Source of the DNA: an uncultured Gammaproteobacteria bacterium
Lineage (GTDB): Bacteria; Pseudomonadota; Gammaproteobacteria; Pseudomonadales; UBA5518
Direction: 5' to 3'
Length of the DNA: 64,000 nucleotides
Assembly: GCA_903928015.1 (NCBI GenBank)
Contig: CAIYPF010000143.1
Span: forward strand, 66,980 to 130,979
Positions 28,145-38,100 of the stretch are shown piece by piece; positions within the stretch are counted from its first letter, which is position 1; every line of letters starts with the position of its first letter. The position numbers and the translations under genes are program-made. The notes beneath the pieces are model-generated. The model worked only from the letters and a program-made list of their open reading frames with translations, had not been told where the DNA came from and made no database searches.

Positions 28145-28156
28145 CGCGTCATTGCA

Positions 28157-29395
28157 TCAGATGCGCTCGACGATGATCGCCGGCGCCATGCCCCCCGCCG
28201 CGCACATGGTGACCAAGCCACGCTTGAGATTGCGGCGCTCGAGTTCGTCGAGCACGGTGCCGATCAGGATTGCACCGGTCGCGCCAATGGGATGGCCCAA
28301 CGCCATCGCCCCGCCATTCACGTTGACGCGGTCGCGGTCGAGACCGAGGTCGCGGATGAATTTCTCCGCCACCACGGCGAATGCCTCGTTGATCTCGAAG
28401 AGATCGATGTCGTCGATCGTAAGGCCGGCCTTGGCGAGCACCTTGCGCGCCGCAGGCACGGGCGCATTCAGCATCAAGGTGGGCGAGTCGCCGACGTTTG
28501 CCATCGCCAGCACGCGCGCCCGTGGCGTCCAGCCCTGGCTGCGGGCATAGGCGGGAGAGGCAAGCAGCAGCGCCGCCGCGCCATCGACCACACCTGAAGA
28601 GTTGCCCGCGTGGTGAACGTGGTTCACCTCGAGCCCCGGATACTTCTGATGGATCAGGCCCAGATACGTCGTGCCACGCTCATCCAGCGGGTAACGCGCC
28701 ACCTCGGCGAAAGCAGCCTTCAGCTGCCCGAGGCTCTCTACCGTAGTGCCCGGGCGCGGAAACTCCTCGCGGTCCAGCGCCAGGCTGCCGTCTTCGCGAT
28801 AGACCGGCACAAGGCTGCGATTGAAGGCACCTTCGGCGATGGCCCGCGCGGCGCGTTGCTGGCTGACGAACGCCAGTTGATCGAGGGCCTCGCGGCTGAT
28901 GCCCTCGAGCGTGGCGATGGCATCGCCGCAGACGCCCTGATGCGGTTGCGGGTGCACCGAGCGCAGGCGGAGGTTGTCGTTGTCGATGAACATCGTGGGC
29001 GCGTTACCGCCCTGCCCGTAGTTCGACATCATCTCGGTGCCACCGGCGATCACCAGATCTTCCATACCCGACATGACAGAGGCCGCGGCCAGGTTGACGG
29101 CCGTGATTCCGGAACCGCAGAAGCGGTCGAGCGTGACGGCACTGGAGCGCACGTCGTAGCCGGCATCGAGTGCAGCCATGCGACCGAGGTCTCCGGACTG
29201 CTGGCCACGCTGGGAACTGGTTCCCCAGATGATGTCGTCAACGTCTTCGGTGCGAATGCCGTTGCGCTCGGCGAGCGCGCGCAGCACGGTGGCGCCGAGT
29301 TGCTGCGGGTGAATGCCAGATAGCGCTCCCTTGCCGGCCTTGCCGATGCCGCGCGGGGTGCGGCAGGCGTCGATGATCCAGGCTTCGTTGCTCAT
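28157..29395 (-). CDS. Acetyl-CoA C-acyltransferase (thiolase)
   Basis: It carries the thiolase signatures LDRFCGSGI (active-site Cys), NVNGGAMALGHPIGATG and GLVTMCAAGGMA. Confidence 0.9.
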   Translation of the reverse strand: MSNEAWIIDACRTPRGIGKAGKGALSGIHPQQLGATVLRALAERNGIRTEDVDDIIWGTSSQRGQQSGDLGRMAALDAGYDVRSSAVTLDRFCGSGITAVNLAAASVMSGMEDLVIAGGTEMMSNYGQGGNAPTMFIDNDNLRLRSVHPQPHQGVCGDAIATLEGISREALDQLAFVSQQRAARAIAEGAFNRSLVPVYREDGSLALDREEFPRPGTTVESLGQLKAAFAEVARYPLDERGTTYLGLIHQKYPGLEVNHVHHAGNSSGVVDGAAALLLASPAYARSQGWTPRARVLAMANVGDSPTLMLNAPVPAARKVLAKAGLTIDDIDLFEINEAFAVVAEKFIRDLGLDRDRVNVNGGAMALGHPIGATGAILIGTVLDELERRNLKRGLVTMCAAGGMAPAIIVERI

Positions 29396-29427
29396 GTGTG
29401 AGTCTCCAGTGTGAAACGGGGGGATGT

Positions 29428-30561
29428 TCAGGCGAGAACGCCGGCGCTGCGGAGTTGCTCGATGCGTTCGTCGGAATAACCTGCGTCGCGCAGCACGTCG
29501 AGGGTGTCACTGCCCGCCGGATGCGCCTGCACCGGCACTGGCGGCGCACTGCGACTGAAACGCGGCGCGGGAGCGGCCTGCACCACGCCCGCGATCTCGA
29601 CGAAGGAACCGCGGAACCGGTTGTGGGGATGCGAAGGCGCCTCCGTCATCGAGAGAACGGGAGCGAAGCAGACGTCGCTGCCTTCCATCAGCGCGCACCA
29701 CTCGTCCCGGCTCTTGGTGAGCATGACCGCCGCGAGCCGCTCGCGCATGGCGGGCCATTGCGCGGCGTCGTTCTGCGGCGTGAACTGCGCGGCATCGAGC
29801 CCGGCACGCTCCATCAGGAGCGCGTAGAACTGCGGCTCGATGGAGCCAAGAGCCACGTACTTGCCGTCGGCGGTCTCGTAGGTGTCGTAGAAATGCGCGC
29901 CGGTATCGAGGATGTTCACTCCGCGCTCGTCGCGCCATGCGCCCTGCGCTTTCATCGCGTACATCATGTGCATGAGCGTCGCGGCGCCCTCGACCATCGA
30001 GGCGTCGACCACCTGACCTTTGCCGGAACGCTGCGCCTCGAAAACGGCACACATCACGCCGAAGGCGAGGAACATCCCACCGCCGCCGAAATCACCCACG
30101 AGGTTGAGCGGCGGCACCGGCTTCTCACCGGCGCGCCCCATGGCGTGGAGCGCACCGGAAATGGCGATGTAGTTGATGTCGTGCCCGGCGGCTCCTGCGA
30201 GCGGGCCGGTCTGGCCCCAGCCTGTCATGCGGCCGTAGACCAGTCGCGGGTTGCGTGAGAGACAAACATCCGGCCCGAAACCAAGCCGCTCGGCCACACC
30301 GGGACGAAAACCCTCTATCAACACGTCTGCGTTGGCGCACAGCGCGAGCAGCGCCTCGACGCCCTCCGGGTGCTTCAGGTTGAGTGCAACCGTGCGCTTG
30401 CCGCGCTCGCTGATGCGATCGGCGCGATCCGCCGGCGAGGAGGCACGCCCCACCGTGATCACCTCCGCGCCCATGTCAGCCAGCATCATGCCGCAGAAGG
30501 GCGCTGGCCCCAGGCCCTCGATCTCGATCACTCTCAACCCCTGCAATGGCCCCACGCTCAT
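29428..30561 (-). CDS. CaiB/BaiF family III CoA-transferase (alpha-methylacyl-CoA racemase-like)
   Basis: The N-terminus GPLQGLRVIEIEGLGPAPFCGMMLADMGAEVI is typical of the family. The start is uncertain: ATG 30561 has a very short SD spacing, and the alternatives are 30600 and 30633. Confidence 0.8.
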   Translation of the reverse strand: MSVGPLQGLRVIEIEGLGPAPFCGMMLADMGAEVITVGRASSPADRADRISERGKRTVALNLKHPEGVEALLALCANADVLIEGFRPGVAERLGFGPDVCLSRNPRLVYGRMTGWGQTGPLAGAAGHDINYIAISGALHAMGRAGEKPVPPLNLVGDFGGGGMFLAFGVMCAVFEAQRSGKGQVVDASMVEGAATLMHMMYAMKAQGAWRDERGVNILDTGAHFYDTYETADGKYVALGSIEPQFYALLMERAGLDAAQFTPQNDAAQWPAMRERLAAVMLTKSRDEWCALMEGSDVCFAPVLSMTEAPSHPHNRFRGSFVEIAGVVQAAPAPRFSRSAPPVPVQAHPAGSDTLDVLRDAGYSDERIEQLRSAGVLA

Positions 30562-30704
30562 CCTCCGGTCCGGTCTGTTACAGCGGGCGCAATCGTGCAT
30601 GACAGAAGGCCCCGGCACAATCACTGCGGGCACGGCAAGGCTTTCGCGCGTGGCGCGATGTGCAGTAAGTTCCGGACCATCACATTCCCCGGAGAGATTC
30701 CACC

Positions 30705-31931
30705 GTGCACTTCGACCACAGCCCGGCCGTGCAGCAGCTTCGCGCCCGCCTCGAATCCTTCATGGACGAACACGTCTACCCGGTGGAGCACGTCTACGCC
30801 GAGGAGCTCGCGGCTGCGGAAAACCCGTGGCGTACACCTGCACGGATGGAGTCACTCAAGGAAAAAGCCCGTGCCGCCGGGCTCTGGAATCTCTTCCGCC
30901 CCAAGGATCACGGCGGCCAGCTGAGCAACCTGGAGTACGCGCCTCTCGCCGAAATCATGGGCCGTGTGATGTGGGCGCCGGAGGTCTTCAACTGCAACGC
31001 GCCCGACACGGGGAACATGGAGACTCTCATCAAATACGGCACCGATGCGCAGAAATCCCTGTGGCTCGAACCACTGCTCGCTGGCGAGATCCGCTCGGGC
31101 TTCGCGATGACAGAGCCCGATGTCGCCTCCTCCGACGCCACCAACATCGCCTGCCACATGCATCAGGAAGGCGATGACTGGGTGATCAACGGTCGCAAGT
31201 GGTTCACCACGGGCGGAATGCGCGAAACCTGCGCGGTGTTCATCGTGATGGGCAAATCGGATGCGGACAACGCAGACCGTCACCGCCAGCAGTCGATGAT
31301 CCTCGTGCCCCGGGACGCGCCGGGCGTGCGGATCCTGCGCTCCGTCACCACCCTCGGTTACCACGAGTATCCCTTCGGTGAGGCCGACATCCTCTTCGAC
31401 AACGTGCGTGTGCCGGCCGCGAACATGCTGCTCGGTGCCGGTCGTGGCTTCGAGATCGCGCAAGGTCGCCTCGGGCCGGGACGCATCCACCACTGCATGC
31501 GGCTTATCGGCTGTGCACAGCGGGCACTGGAGAGCATGTGCCAGCGCGCCGAGGAGCGCAGCACCTTCGGCAAGCGGCTGAGCCAGCACCAGTCGGTGCG
31601 GGAAGACATCGCCAAGTCCTATTGCGAGATCGAACAGGCGCGACTGCTCACACTCAAGGCTGCCGACACCATGGACCGCCACGGCAACAAGGTGGCGCGC
31701 GAGCAGATCGCTGCCATCAAGATCGTTGCCCCGCAGATGGCGATGAACGTGATCGACCGCTGCATGCAGATCCATGGCTGCGCCGGACTCACTGCGGATT
31801 TCTTCATGGCCGAGGCTTACAACTATGCGCGCCAGATCCGTCTCGCCGATGGCCCCGACCAGGTGCACATGATGCAACTGGGCCGGGATCTGACAAGGCG
31901 CCACGCCACTGTACCCGCCGCAGCACACTGA
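30705..31931 (+). CDS. Acyl-CoA dehydrogenase family protein
   Basis: It has a GTG start with GGAGAG upstream. ACAD-like motifs include GFAMTEPDVASSDATN, and the C-terminal helical domain shows QIHGCAGLT. It resembles the ACAD10/11-type dehydrogenase domain. Confidence 0.85.
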   Translation: MHFDHSPAVQQLRARLESFMDEHVYPVEHVYAEELAAAENPWRTPARMESLKEKARAAGLWNLFRPKDHGGQLSNLEYAPLAEIMGRVMWAPEVFNCNAPDTGNMETLIKYGTDAQKSLWLEPLLAGEIRSGFAMTEPDVASSDATNIACHMHQEGDDWVINGRKWFTTGGMRETCAVFIVMGKSDADNADRHRQQSMILVPRDAPGVRILRSVTTLGYHEYPFGEADILFDNVRVPAANMLLGAGRGFEIAQGRLGPGRIHHCMRLIGCAQRALESMCQRAEERSTFGKRLSQHQSVREDIAKSYCEIEQARLLTLKAADTMDRHGNKVAREQIAAIKIVAPQMAMNVIDRCMQIHGCAGLTADFFMAEAYNYARQIRLADGPDQVHMMQLGRDLTRRHATVPAAAH

Positions 31932-31955
31932 ACACGCTTCTGGAGAAACGCACAC

Positions 31956-32906
31956 GTGAACACCCGCCGATACGCCCTGGACCCCGAACTTCTGCCCATG
32001 GCAGACAGCCTGCCGACGGTGATGGAGCTCAGCAATCCCGCAGTGATCGCCGCCATGCGATCCGGCCCTGCAATGACCGGCGCAGCCATCCCCGACCGCG
32101 GCGATGTCCACAAGGAAGACCTGCTCGTACCCGGTCGTGCCGGCGACCCGGACGTGCCGTTGCGCGTCTACCGACCGGCCGGCACGAGCGATTCGCCGAG
32201 CGGCTGTGTCCTCGAGATCCACGGCGGCGGCTTCATGTTCGGCGATATCGCAATGATGGATCCCTGGTGCCAGGCAGTCTGCGGCGAACTCGGGGCGGTG
32301 GTGGTGTCGGTGGAATATCGCCTTGCGCCGGAGCACCGTTTTCCCGCTGCGCTCCACGACTGTCACGCCGCCCTGTGCTGGGTGTCGGCCAATGCCACCC
32401 GGCTGGGCATCGATCCGGCGCGCATCGTGATTGCCGGCCAGAGCGCCGGAGCGGCACTGGCAGCATCAACCGCACTTTATGCCCGTGACAACGGCGGACC
32501 CCTGCCCTGTTTCCAGTTGCTCGAGATCCCCGTCATGGACGACCGCCTCGACACCCCGTCGATGCGCGCCTTTACCGACACGCCCTTCTGGAACCTGCCC
32601 AACGCGGAATGGGGATGGAAGCATTATCTCGGTGCCGCCTGCGGAGGGGATGTATCGCCCTACGCCGCACCGGCTCGCGCCACGGATCTCGGCGGGCTGC
32701 CGCCGGCCTACATCTCCACCATGGAGTTCGACCCGCTGCGCGACGAAGGGATCCTCTATGCGCTGCGCCTGCTGCAGGCAGGAGTGGCGGTGGAACTGCA
32801 CTCCTTCGCGGGGACCTTCCACGGCTCATCAGTGATCAACACGGCGCGAGTTTCGCAGCGCGCCAGCGCAGAAATCATGACCGTACTGGCGCGCGCTCTG
32901 GGCTGA
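31956..32906 (+). CDS. Alpha/beta hydrolase (hormone-sensitive-lipase-type esterase)
   Basis: It has the HGGGF oxyanion motif (EIHGGGFMFGD), the nucleophile elbow GQSAGA, and C-terminal DPLRDEG with a following His. The start is GTG with GGAG 10 nt upstream. Confidence 0.8.
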   Translation: MNTRRYALDPELLPMADSLPTVMELSNPAVIAAMRSGPAMTGAAIPDRGDVHKEDLLVPGRAGDPDVPLRVYRPAGTSDSPSGCVLEIHGGGFMFGDIAMMDPWCQAVCGELGAVVVSVEYRLAPEHRFPAALHDCHAALCWVSANATRLGIDPARIVIAGQSAGAALAASTALYARDNGGPLPCFQLLEIPVMDDRLDTPSMRAFTDTPFWNLPNAEWGWKHYLGAACGGDVSPYAAPARATDLGGLPPAYISTMEFDPLRDEGILYALRLLQAGVAVELHSFAGTFHGSSVINTARVSQRASAEIMTVLARALG

Positions 32907-32918
32907 CGCGCCCGGGCG

Positions 32919-33662
32919 CTATTGCAGGCCGCCGTCCACGCGGAGCAGCGCAGAGCTCACGAAGCTGGACGCAGGGCTCGCAAGGAACAGCGCTGCCGTA
33001 ACGATTTCCTCGGGGTTTCCGGGGCGACCGATCACGGACGCCGCGCGCTTGCGGTGCTCCTCTGGCCAGGACTCCGAGATGTCAGTGAGGAAAGGCCCGG
33101 CGGCCAGGGTGTTGATACGCACTTTTCCGCCGAATTCCGCACCGAATCCTGCTGCCAGCGTGTTCAGGGCTGCCTTCGCGCCCGAGTAGGGAATGGCGTT
33201 CGCCAGTGGGCGCAGCGAGGCCGAACTGCTGACGTTGATGATGCAGCCTCCATCGCCCATGGCCATGCGCCGCCCGACGAGCGCGCAGAGCCGGAACGGA
33301 CCCTTGAAGTTCACTCCGATGATCTTGTCGAAGAGTTCCTCGCTCACGTCTTCCGGCGTGTCGGTGAGGGGTGACATGCCGGCATTGTTCACCAGCACAT
33401 CGACCCGGCCGAAGCGCGCGTACGCGGCCTCCACCAACCGGGCCGTGTCCTCCCAACGGGCGACGTGGCAGGCCACGCCGATCGCATCGCAGCCGAGAGC
33501 ACGGAATTCCGCTGCGGTCGCGTCGCAGGCTTCCTGCCGGCGGCTCGCCACCACAAGACTGGCACCGCGCTCTGCGAAAGCCCGCGCCATGCGGTAACCA
33601 AGGCCGCGGGTGCCGCCGGTGACGAGCACGACCTTGTTGCTGAAATCGAACAGGGGATCCAT
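32919..33662 (-). CDS. SDR family oxidoreductase
   Basis: The motifs are VVLVTGGTRGLG (TGxxxGxG), NNAG and the catalytic YSGAKAAL. I trimmed the start to MDPLFDF (ATG 33662). Confidence 0.85.
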   Translation of the reverse strand: MDPLFDFSNKVVLVTGGTRGLGYRMARAFAERGASLVVASRRQEACDATAAEFRALGCDAIGVACHVARWEDTARLVEAAYARFGRVDVLVNNAGMSPLTDTPEDVSEELFDKIIGVNFKGPFRLCALVGRRMAMGDGGCIINVSSSASLRPLANAIPYSGAKAALNTLAAGFGAEFGGKVRINTLAAGPFLTDISESWPEEHRKRAASVIGRPGNPEEIVTAALFLASPASSFVSSALLRVDGGLQ

Positions 33663-33745
33663 GCGGGCGCTTCCTGTGTAGAACTTGGGATCGCACGCGG
33701 CACGCCGCATAATCCGCGCCGCGCCACACACCGAGGATGCTACCC

Positions 33746-34921
33746 ATGTTGCCCCGCGATTTCACCGAGGAACAGCAGATGTTCCGCCAGGCTTACCGGA
33801 AGTTCCTGAGCACCGAGATCGTGCCGCACATGGAGGACTGGCGTGCAGCGGGCATCGTCGATCGCTCGGCATTTCGCAAGGCCGGCGAGCGCGGTTTCCT
33901 CATGGTGTGGCCGGAAGAGAAATTCGGCGGCAGCGGCGATGCGGATTTCCGCTTCGAACAGATCATCATGGAAGAAACCCAGTACGCCCGCGCCGGGGAC
34001 TGGTACAACACCCTCCACAGCAGGCTCGTAGGGCCCTACATCACCCGCTTCGGCAGCACGGAGCAGCAGGAGCGCTTCATGCCCGGCTGCGTTGCAGGGG
34101 AGACGATCCTCGCCATCGCCATGACGGAACCCGACGCGGGATCAGATCTCGCGGGAATGCGCACCCACGCGGTGGACAAGGGGGATCACTGGCTGCTCAA
34201 CGGTTCCAAGACGTACATCTCGAATGGCATCAACGCAGACCTCGTCGTGGTCGCAGCCAAGACCGACCCGGGCAACAACCCGCACCACATGACACTGCTG
34301 CTGGTCGAGCGCGGCATGGAGGGTTTTTCGCGAGGACGCAATCTCGTGAAGATGGGCATGAAGGCACAGGACACCGCGGAACTGTTCTTTGCCGACGTGA
34401 AAGTGCCCAAGCACAACGTGCTGGGCGAGGCCGGAAAGGGTTTCTATTACCTGATGGAAGGCCTTGCCGAGGAGAGGCTGCTCGGCGGCTGCGGTTACCT
34501 TGCCGCAGCCCAGCTCTCGTTCGATCTCACGGCCGCGTGGGTGAAGGAGCGCAAGGCATTCGGCAAACGCCTCGCGGAGTTCCAGAACACGCAGTTCAGG
34601 ATGGCGGAGCTGCGCACCGAGCTCGACCTCGCGCAGAGCTTCATCGACCAGTGCGTGCGCGCGTTCACTGCGGGCAAGCTGACCGCCGTTGATGCTGCCA
34701 AGGCGAAGCTCGTCAGCAGCGAATTGCAGGTGAAGTCCGCCGATCTTGGCGTGCAGCTGCACGGCGGCGCGGGATACATGGACGAGTACCCGATTTCGCG
34801 GCAATTCACCGACGCGCGGATCGCACCGATTTACGCCGGGAGTTCCGAGGTGATGAAAATCATCATCAGCCGCGATTGCCTGGGCAAGGACTACGAGCCC
34901 TTCAACACACGGAATTTCTGA
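33746..34921 (+). CDS. Acyl-CoA dehydrogenase
   Basis: It is a classical ACAD, with LPRDFTEEQQMFRQ, AIAMTEPDAGSDLAGM, YISNG and QLHGGAGYMDEYPISRQFTDARIAPIYAGSSEVM. GAGG lies 9 nt upstream of ATG 33746. Confidence 0.9.
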   Translation: MLPRDFTEEQQMFRQAYRKFLSTEIVPHMEDWRAAGIVDRSAFRKAGERGFLMVWPEEKFGGSGDADFRFEQIIMEETQYARAGDWYNTLHSRLVGPYITRFGSTEQQERFMPGCVAGETILAIAMTEPDAGSDLAGMRTHAVDKGDHWLLNGSKTYISNGINADLVVVAAKTDPGNNPHHMTLLLVERGMEGFSRGRNLVKMGMKAQDTAELFFADVKVPKHNVLGEAGKGFYYLMEGLAEERLLGGCGYLAAAQLSFDLTAAWVKERKAFGKRLAEFQNTQFRMAELRTELDLAQSFIDQCVRAFTAGKLTAVDAAKAKLVSSELQVKSADLGVQLHGGAGYMDEYPISRQFTDARIAPIYAGSSEVMKIIISRDCLGKDYEPFNTRNF

Positions 34922-34934
34922 GACGGGGTGTCTC

Positions 34935-35720
34935 TCAGCGCTGGGCCCGTCCGCGCGCCATGACCGCCTCGCGGCGGCGCTCGATGTCCTCGGCGGTGAC
35001 GGTGGCATTCCACGCGCTCGAGAACACGCGCTCGTACTCGATCGCATCGCGCAGCGAAAGTGAAGCCCCATTGCTCATGAGGAGTTCGTATTCGCGGATG
35101 AACTGCGGATCCACGAAAGCAATGGATTCCGCGAGCGCCAGCGCCTCCGGCAACAGTTGCGCCTGCGGCACCACACGGTTCACCAGCCCCCACTCGAGCG
35201 CTGTGGGCGCATCGATGAAACGGCCGCTGAAGCTCATCTCTCTCGCACGTGCGGGCCCGACGATGCGCTGCAGTTTCTGGGAGAGACCCCAACCGGGCAT
35301 GATCCCGACCAGCGCGTGGGTGTCGGCGAAGCGTGCAGTCTCGGAGGCGATCAGCACGTCGCAGGCCAGAGCGAGTTCGAAGCCGCCAGTGATCGCCACG
35401 CCATTCACAGCGCCGATCACGGGTTTGCCACAGGACTCTACCGCGCGCACCGGGTTGGAGCGTGGATCAGGATCGGTGGCCACGGCCAAGCCCGCGGCTC
35501 CGGCACCGAGCTCCTTCAGATCAAGACCCGCCGTGAAAGCACGCTCCCCTGCCCCGGTGAGCACGATCACACGCACGGAGGCGTCATCACGCAGCGCCGT
35601 CATGGCATCGTAGAGCGCGCCACGCAGCGACTCCGACAACGCGTTCATCGCCTGTGGCCGGTTCAGCGTGACCACGGCAACGCCGCTCTGATGGTGTTCG
35701 ATCAATATCTCGGCGGACAT
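34935..35720 (-). CDS. Enoyl-CoA hydratase/isomerase (crotonase family)
   Basis: The sequence GVAVVTLNRPQAMNALS...VIVLTGAGERAFTAGLDLKE...PVIGAVNGVAITGGFELALACD is typical of crotonases. I trimmed the start to MSAEILIEH (ATG 35720). Confidence 0.85.
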   Translation of the reverse strand: MSAEILIEHHQSGVAVVTLNRPQAMNALSESLRGALYDAMTALRDDASVRVIVLTGAGERAFTAGLDLKELGAGAAGLAVATDPDPRSNPVRAVESCGKPVIGAVNGVAITGGFELALACDVLIASETARFADTHALVGIMPGWGLSQKLQRIVGPARAREMSFSGRFIDAPTALEWGLVNRVVPQAQLLPEALALAESIAFVDPQFIREYELLMSNGASLSLRDAIEYERVFSSAWNATVTAEDIERRREAVMARGRAQR

Positions 35721-35871
35721 GGCTCGCGGGCTCGATGTGATTGGAGGCGGCAGTGTACGCGGGCACCACCGGTGCATCCATGCGGGGATGCCTTCGTCCG
35801 TCCGGATGAATCGCTTCCCGGGGCTCTCGCTACTCTGGACGCGGATCAACTTACTCCACACGAGGCGCAAC

Positions 35872-36333
35872 ATGCAGGCCGATGACTACTTCGCCATCCA
35901 GAACCTTCTGTTCAGCTACCCCTTCACGCTGGATCGGGGCGATTTCGACGCAGTCGGCAAACTCTTCGAGCATGCCGATGTGTACTCGGGCGGGGTGCTG
36001 ATGGCATCCAAGGATGCGGCCAAAGTCGCGGCGTCGTTTCGCGACTGGGTGCTCACCTATGACGGCTCGCCGAGAACGCGCCATTTCATCGGAAACGTGA
36101 TCATCGAGCCCGAGGGAGACAACCGGGCAACGGTGCGCTCCTACGTCATGGTCTTCCAGCAGACAGAGGCACTGCCACTGCAACCGGTAATCGGCGGGGA
36201 TTACCTCGACCGCGTGCAGAAAGTCGACGGGCGCTGGCGTTTCGTGGAACGGCACATGGGGAACGACCAGGTCGGCGACCTTTCGGCCCACGGGCGCGAT
36301 TTCGATGTGATCAGACCCTGCCGCGCAAACTGA
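35872..36333 (+). CDS. SnoaL-like / NTF2-fold protein
   Basis: It starts MQADDYFAIQNLLFSYPFTLDRGDFDAVGKLF and contains ..DRVQKVDGRWRFVERH, the pattern seen in NTF2-like (SnoaL_4-type) proteins. I trimmed it from track ORF 35719. Confidence 0.6.
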   Translation: MQADDYFAIQNLLFSYPFTLDRGDFDAVGKLFEHADVYSGGVLMASKDAAKVAASFRDWVLTYDGSPRTRHFIGNVIIEPEGDNRATVRSYVMVFQQTEALPLQPVIGGDYLDRVQKVDGRWRFVERHMGNDQVGDLSAHGRDFDVIRPCRAN

Positions 36334-37201
36334 GCCTCGGCCACAGGGTGTTGAGGACGAGTCCTGACATCACCAGCGCCGCCGCCGCGAGCTTCCAGGG
36401 TGGCAAGGCCTCGTGCAGGAAGATCGCGGAGGCACCCATGCCGAACACGGGCACCAAGAGGGACATGGGCGCAATGGTAGCCGTAGGGTAACGAGCCAGC
36501 AGCCAGCCCCACACCGCATAGCCGAACATGGTGTTGCCCACCGCCTGCCAGATCACGGCGATCCAGGTGGTGAGGTCGGCATTGCCGAGGCCCGCCCTGA
36601 TCGCCGGCCATCCCTCTACCAGCAACGACATGCATAACAGGGGAGGAACCGAGAAGGCACTCGCCCAGACCACGTAAGCCAGCATGTTCACGCCCGGCGT
36701 CTGCCGGGCAACCAGATTGCCACCGGCCCAGCCAAGCGCCGCCAGCAGGACGAGGGCAACACCGAGCGGGGTGGCAGAACCGTCGGTGCGGAGGATGATA
36801 AGCCCGATGCCTGCGCCAGCGAGTAGCAATGCCACCCACTGGAAGTGCCTTACCCGCTCACCGGTAAAGCGCATCGCAAGGCCGATGGTAAAAAAGACCT
36901 GTGTCTGAACCACCAGCGAGGCGAGTCCGGGCGAGATGTGCGAGGAGATGGCAAGAAAGAGCATGCCGAACTGTCCGGCGCCGATCAGCACGCCATAAGA
37001 GGCAAGGTAGCGCCACGGCACGGCAGGACGCCGCAGGAATAGCGCAGCGGGCAGGAAGGCGACACTGAACCTGAGCGCCGCGAACAGCAGCGGCGGGAGA
37101 TGGTCCAGACCGATGCGGATAACCACGAAATTCGAGCCCCACACCGCCATGACGGCGACCGCGAGCAGTGCGTGGCGGGGACTCAGGGCGGCGTTGTGCA
37201 T
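36311..37201 (-). CDS. EamA/DMT-superfamily transporter
   Basis: It has 10 predicted TM segments in two EamA-like repeats. The N-terminus reads LLAVAVMAVWGSNFVVIRIGLDHLPPLLFAALRF. Confidence 0.8.
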   Translation of the reverse strand: MHNAALSPRHALLAVAVMAVWGSNFVVIRIGLDHLPPLLFAALRFSVAFLPAALFLRRPAVPWRYLASYGVLIGAGQFGMLFLAISSHISPGLASLVVQTQVFFTIGLAMRFTGERVRHFQWVALLLAGAGIGLIILRTDGSATPLGVALVLLAALGWAGGNLVARQTPGVNMLAYVVWASAFSVPPLLCMSLLVEGWPAIRAGLGNADLTTWIAVIWQAVGNTMFGYAVWGWLLARYPTATIAPMSLLVPVFGMGASAIFLHEALPPWKLAAAALVMSGLVLNTLWPRLSLRGRV

Positions 37202-37233
37202 ACGCGGCAGGCTCCCGGGATGCCGGAATTCAG

Positions 37234-37267
37234 AAACAAGAACGCCCGCGCGAGGCGGGCGTCTTGT
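37234..37267 (-). terminator. Stem-loop downstream of tRNA-Pro
   Basis: On the minus strand the structure is ACAAGACGCCCGCC-loop-GGCGGGCGTTCTTGT (one bulge), followed by TTTCTG. Confidence 0.45.
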
Positions 37268-37291
37268 ATCGGCCGGTAAGGCCGAGGGGAT

Positions 37292-37368
37292 TGGTCGGAG
37301 CGGCGGGATTTGAACCCACGACCACCACCCCCCCAGAGTGGTGCGCTACCAGACTGCGCTACGCTCCG
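37292..37368 (-). tRNA. tRNA-Pro (anticodon GGG)
   Basis: I folded it by hand. The acceptor stem is CGGAGCG/CGCTCCG followed by A-CCA, and the D-arm is GCGC..GCGC. The anticodon arm is CCACT-CTGGGGG-GGTGG (GGG with G37), and the T-arm is GTGGG-TTCAAAT-CCCGC. Confidence 0.9.
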
Positions 37369-37458
37369 AAATGCCGTGGAGAACACTTTCGTGGCCTCCC
37401 TGACAGGCGGCGAATCATAAAGGATGCGCTGCCCGAATAGAACCCGAATTTGCTGTCC

Positions 37459-37809
37459 TCAGCGAAGCGCCTTCAGCAAGTCCTCGAGTTCGACGATCAT
37501 CTGGCGGATGAGCTGCCGGTAATGCGAGTCCTCCTTGCCCGACTCACCCTCCATCCGCTGGCGCGCGCCGCCGATCGTGAAGCCCTGCTCGTAGAGCAGG
37601 CTACGAATCTGCCGGATCATGATCACGTCCTGGCGCTGGTAGTAGCGGCGATTGCCACGCCGCTTGACCGGCTTGAGCTGGGGGAACTCCTGCTCCCAGT
37701 AGCGCAGCACGTGCGGCTTGACCGCGCACAGTTCGCTCACTTCACCGATGGTGAAGTACCGCTTGCCCGGAATCGCGGGCAGCTCGTTGTTGTTACTCGC
37801 CTCCAGCAT
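37459..37809 (-). CDS. MerR family transcriptional regulator (conserved partner downstream of ihfA)
   Basis: The helix-turn-helix region is [45 protein letters not shown]. The gene overlaps the ihfA 3' end by 17 nt. Confidence 0.8.
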   Translation of the reverse strand: MLEASNNNELPAIPGKRYFTIGEVSELCAVKPHVLRYWEQEFPQLKPVKRRGNRRYYQRQDVIMIRQIRSLLYEQGFTIGGARQRMEGESGKEDSHYRQLIRQMIVELEDLLKALR

Positions 37810-38095
37810 AAGCCTCTACCTTTTGCTTCAGCTTCTGCCCGGGCCGGAAAGTGACCACACGCCGGGCGGAGATCGGGATCTCCTCGCCGGTCTTGGGATT
37901 TCGCCCCGGGCGCTGGCGCTTGTCGCGCAGATCAAAGTTGCCGAAGCCGGAGAGTTTGACCTGCTCGCTGCTTTCAAGCGCAGTGCGGATCTCCTCGAAA
38001 AAGGCTTCTACGATTTCCTTTGCCTCGCGCTTGTTGAGCCCGAGGTCTTCAAACAGTTTCTCGGCGATGTCCGCCTTGGTAAGCGCCTTGCGCAT
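37793..38095 (-). CDS. ihfA: Integration host factor subunit alpha
   Basis: The sequence is [90 protein letters not shown]. Confidence 0.95.
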   Translation of the reverse strand: MRKALTKADIAEKLFEDLGLNKREAKEIVEAFFEEIRTALESSEQVKLSGFGNFDLRDKRQRPGRNPKTGEEIPISARRVVTFRPGQKLKQKVEAYAGGE

Positions 38096-38100
38096 GATCT

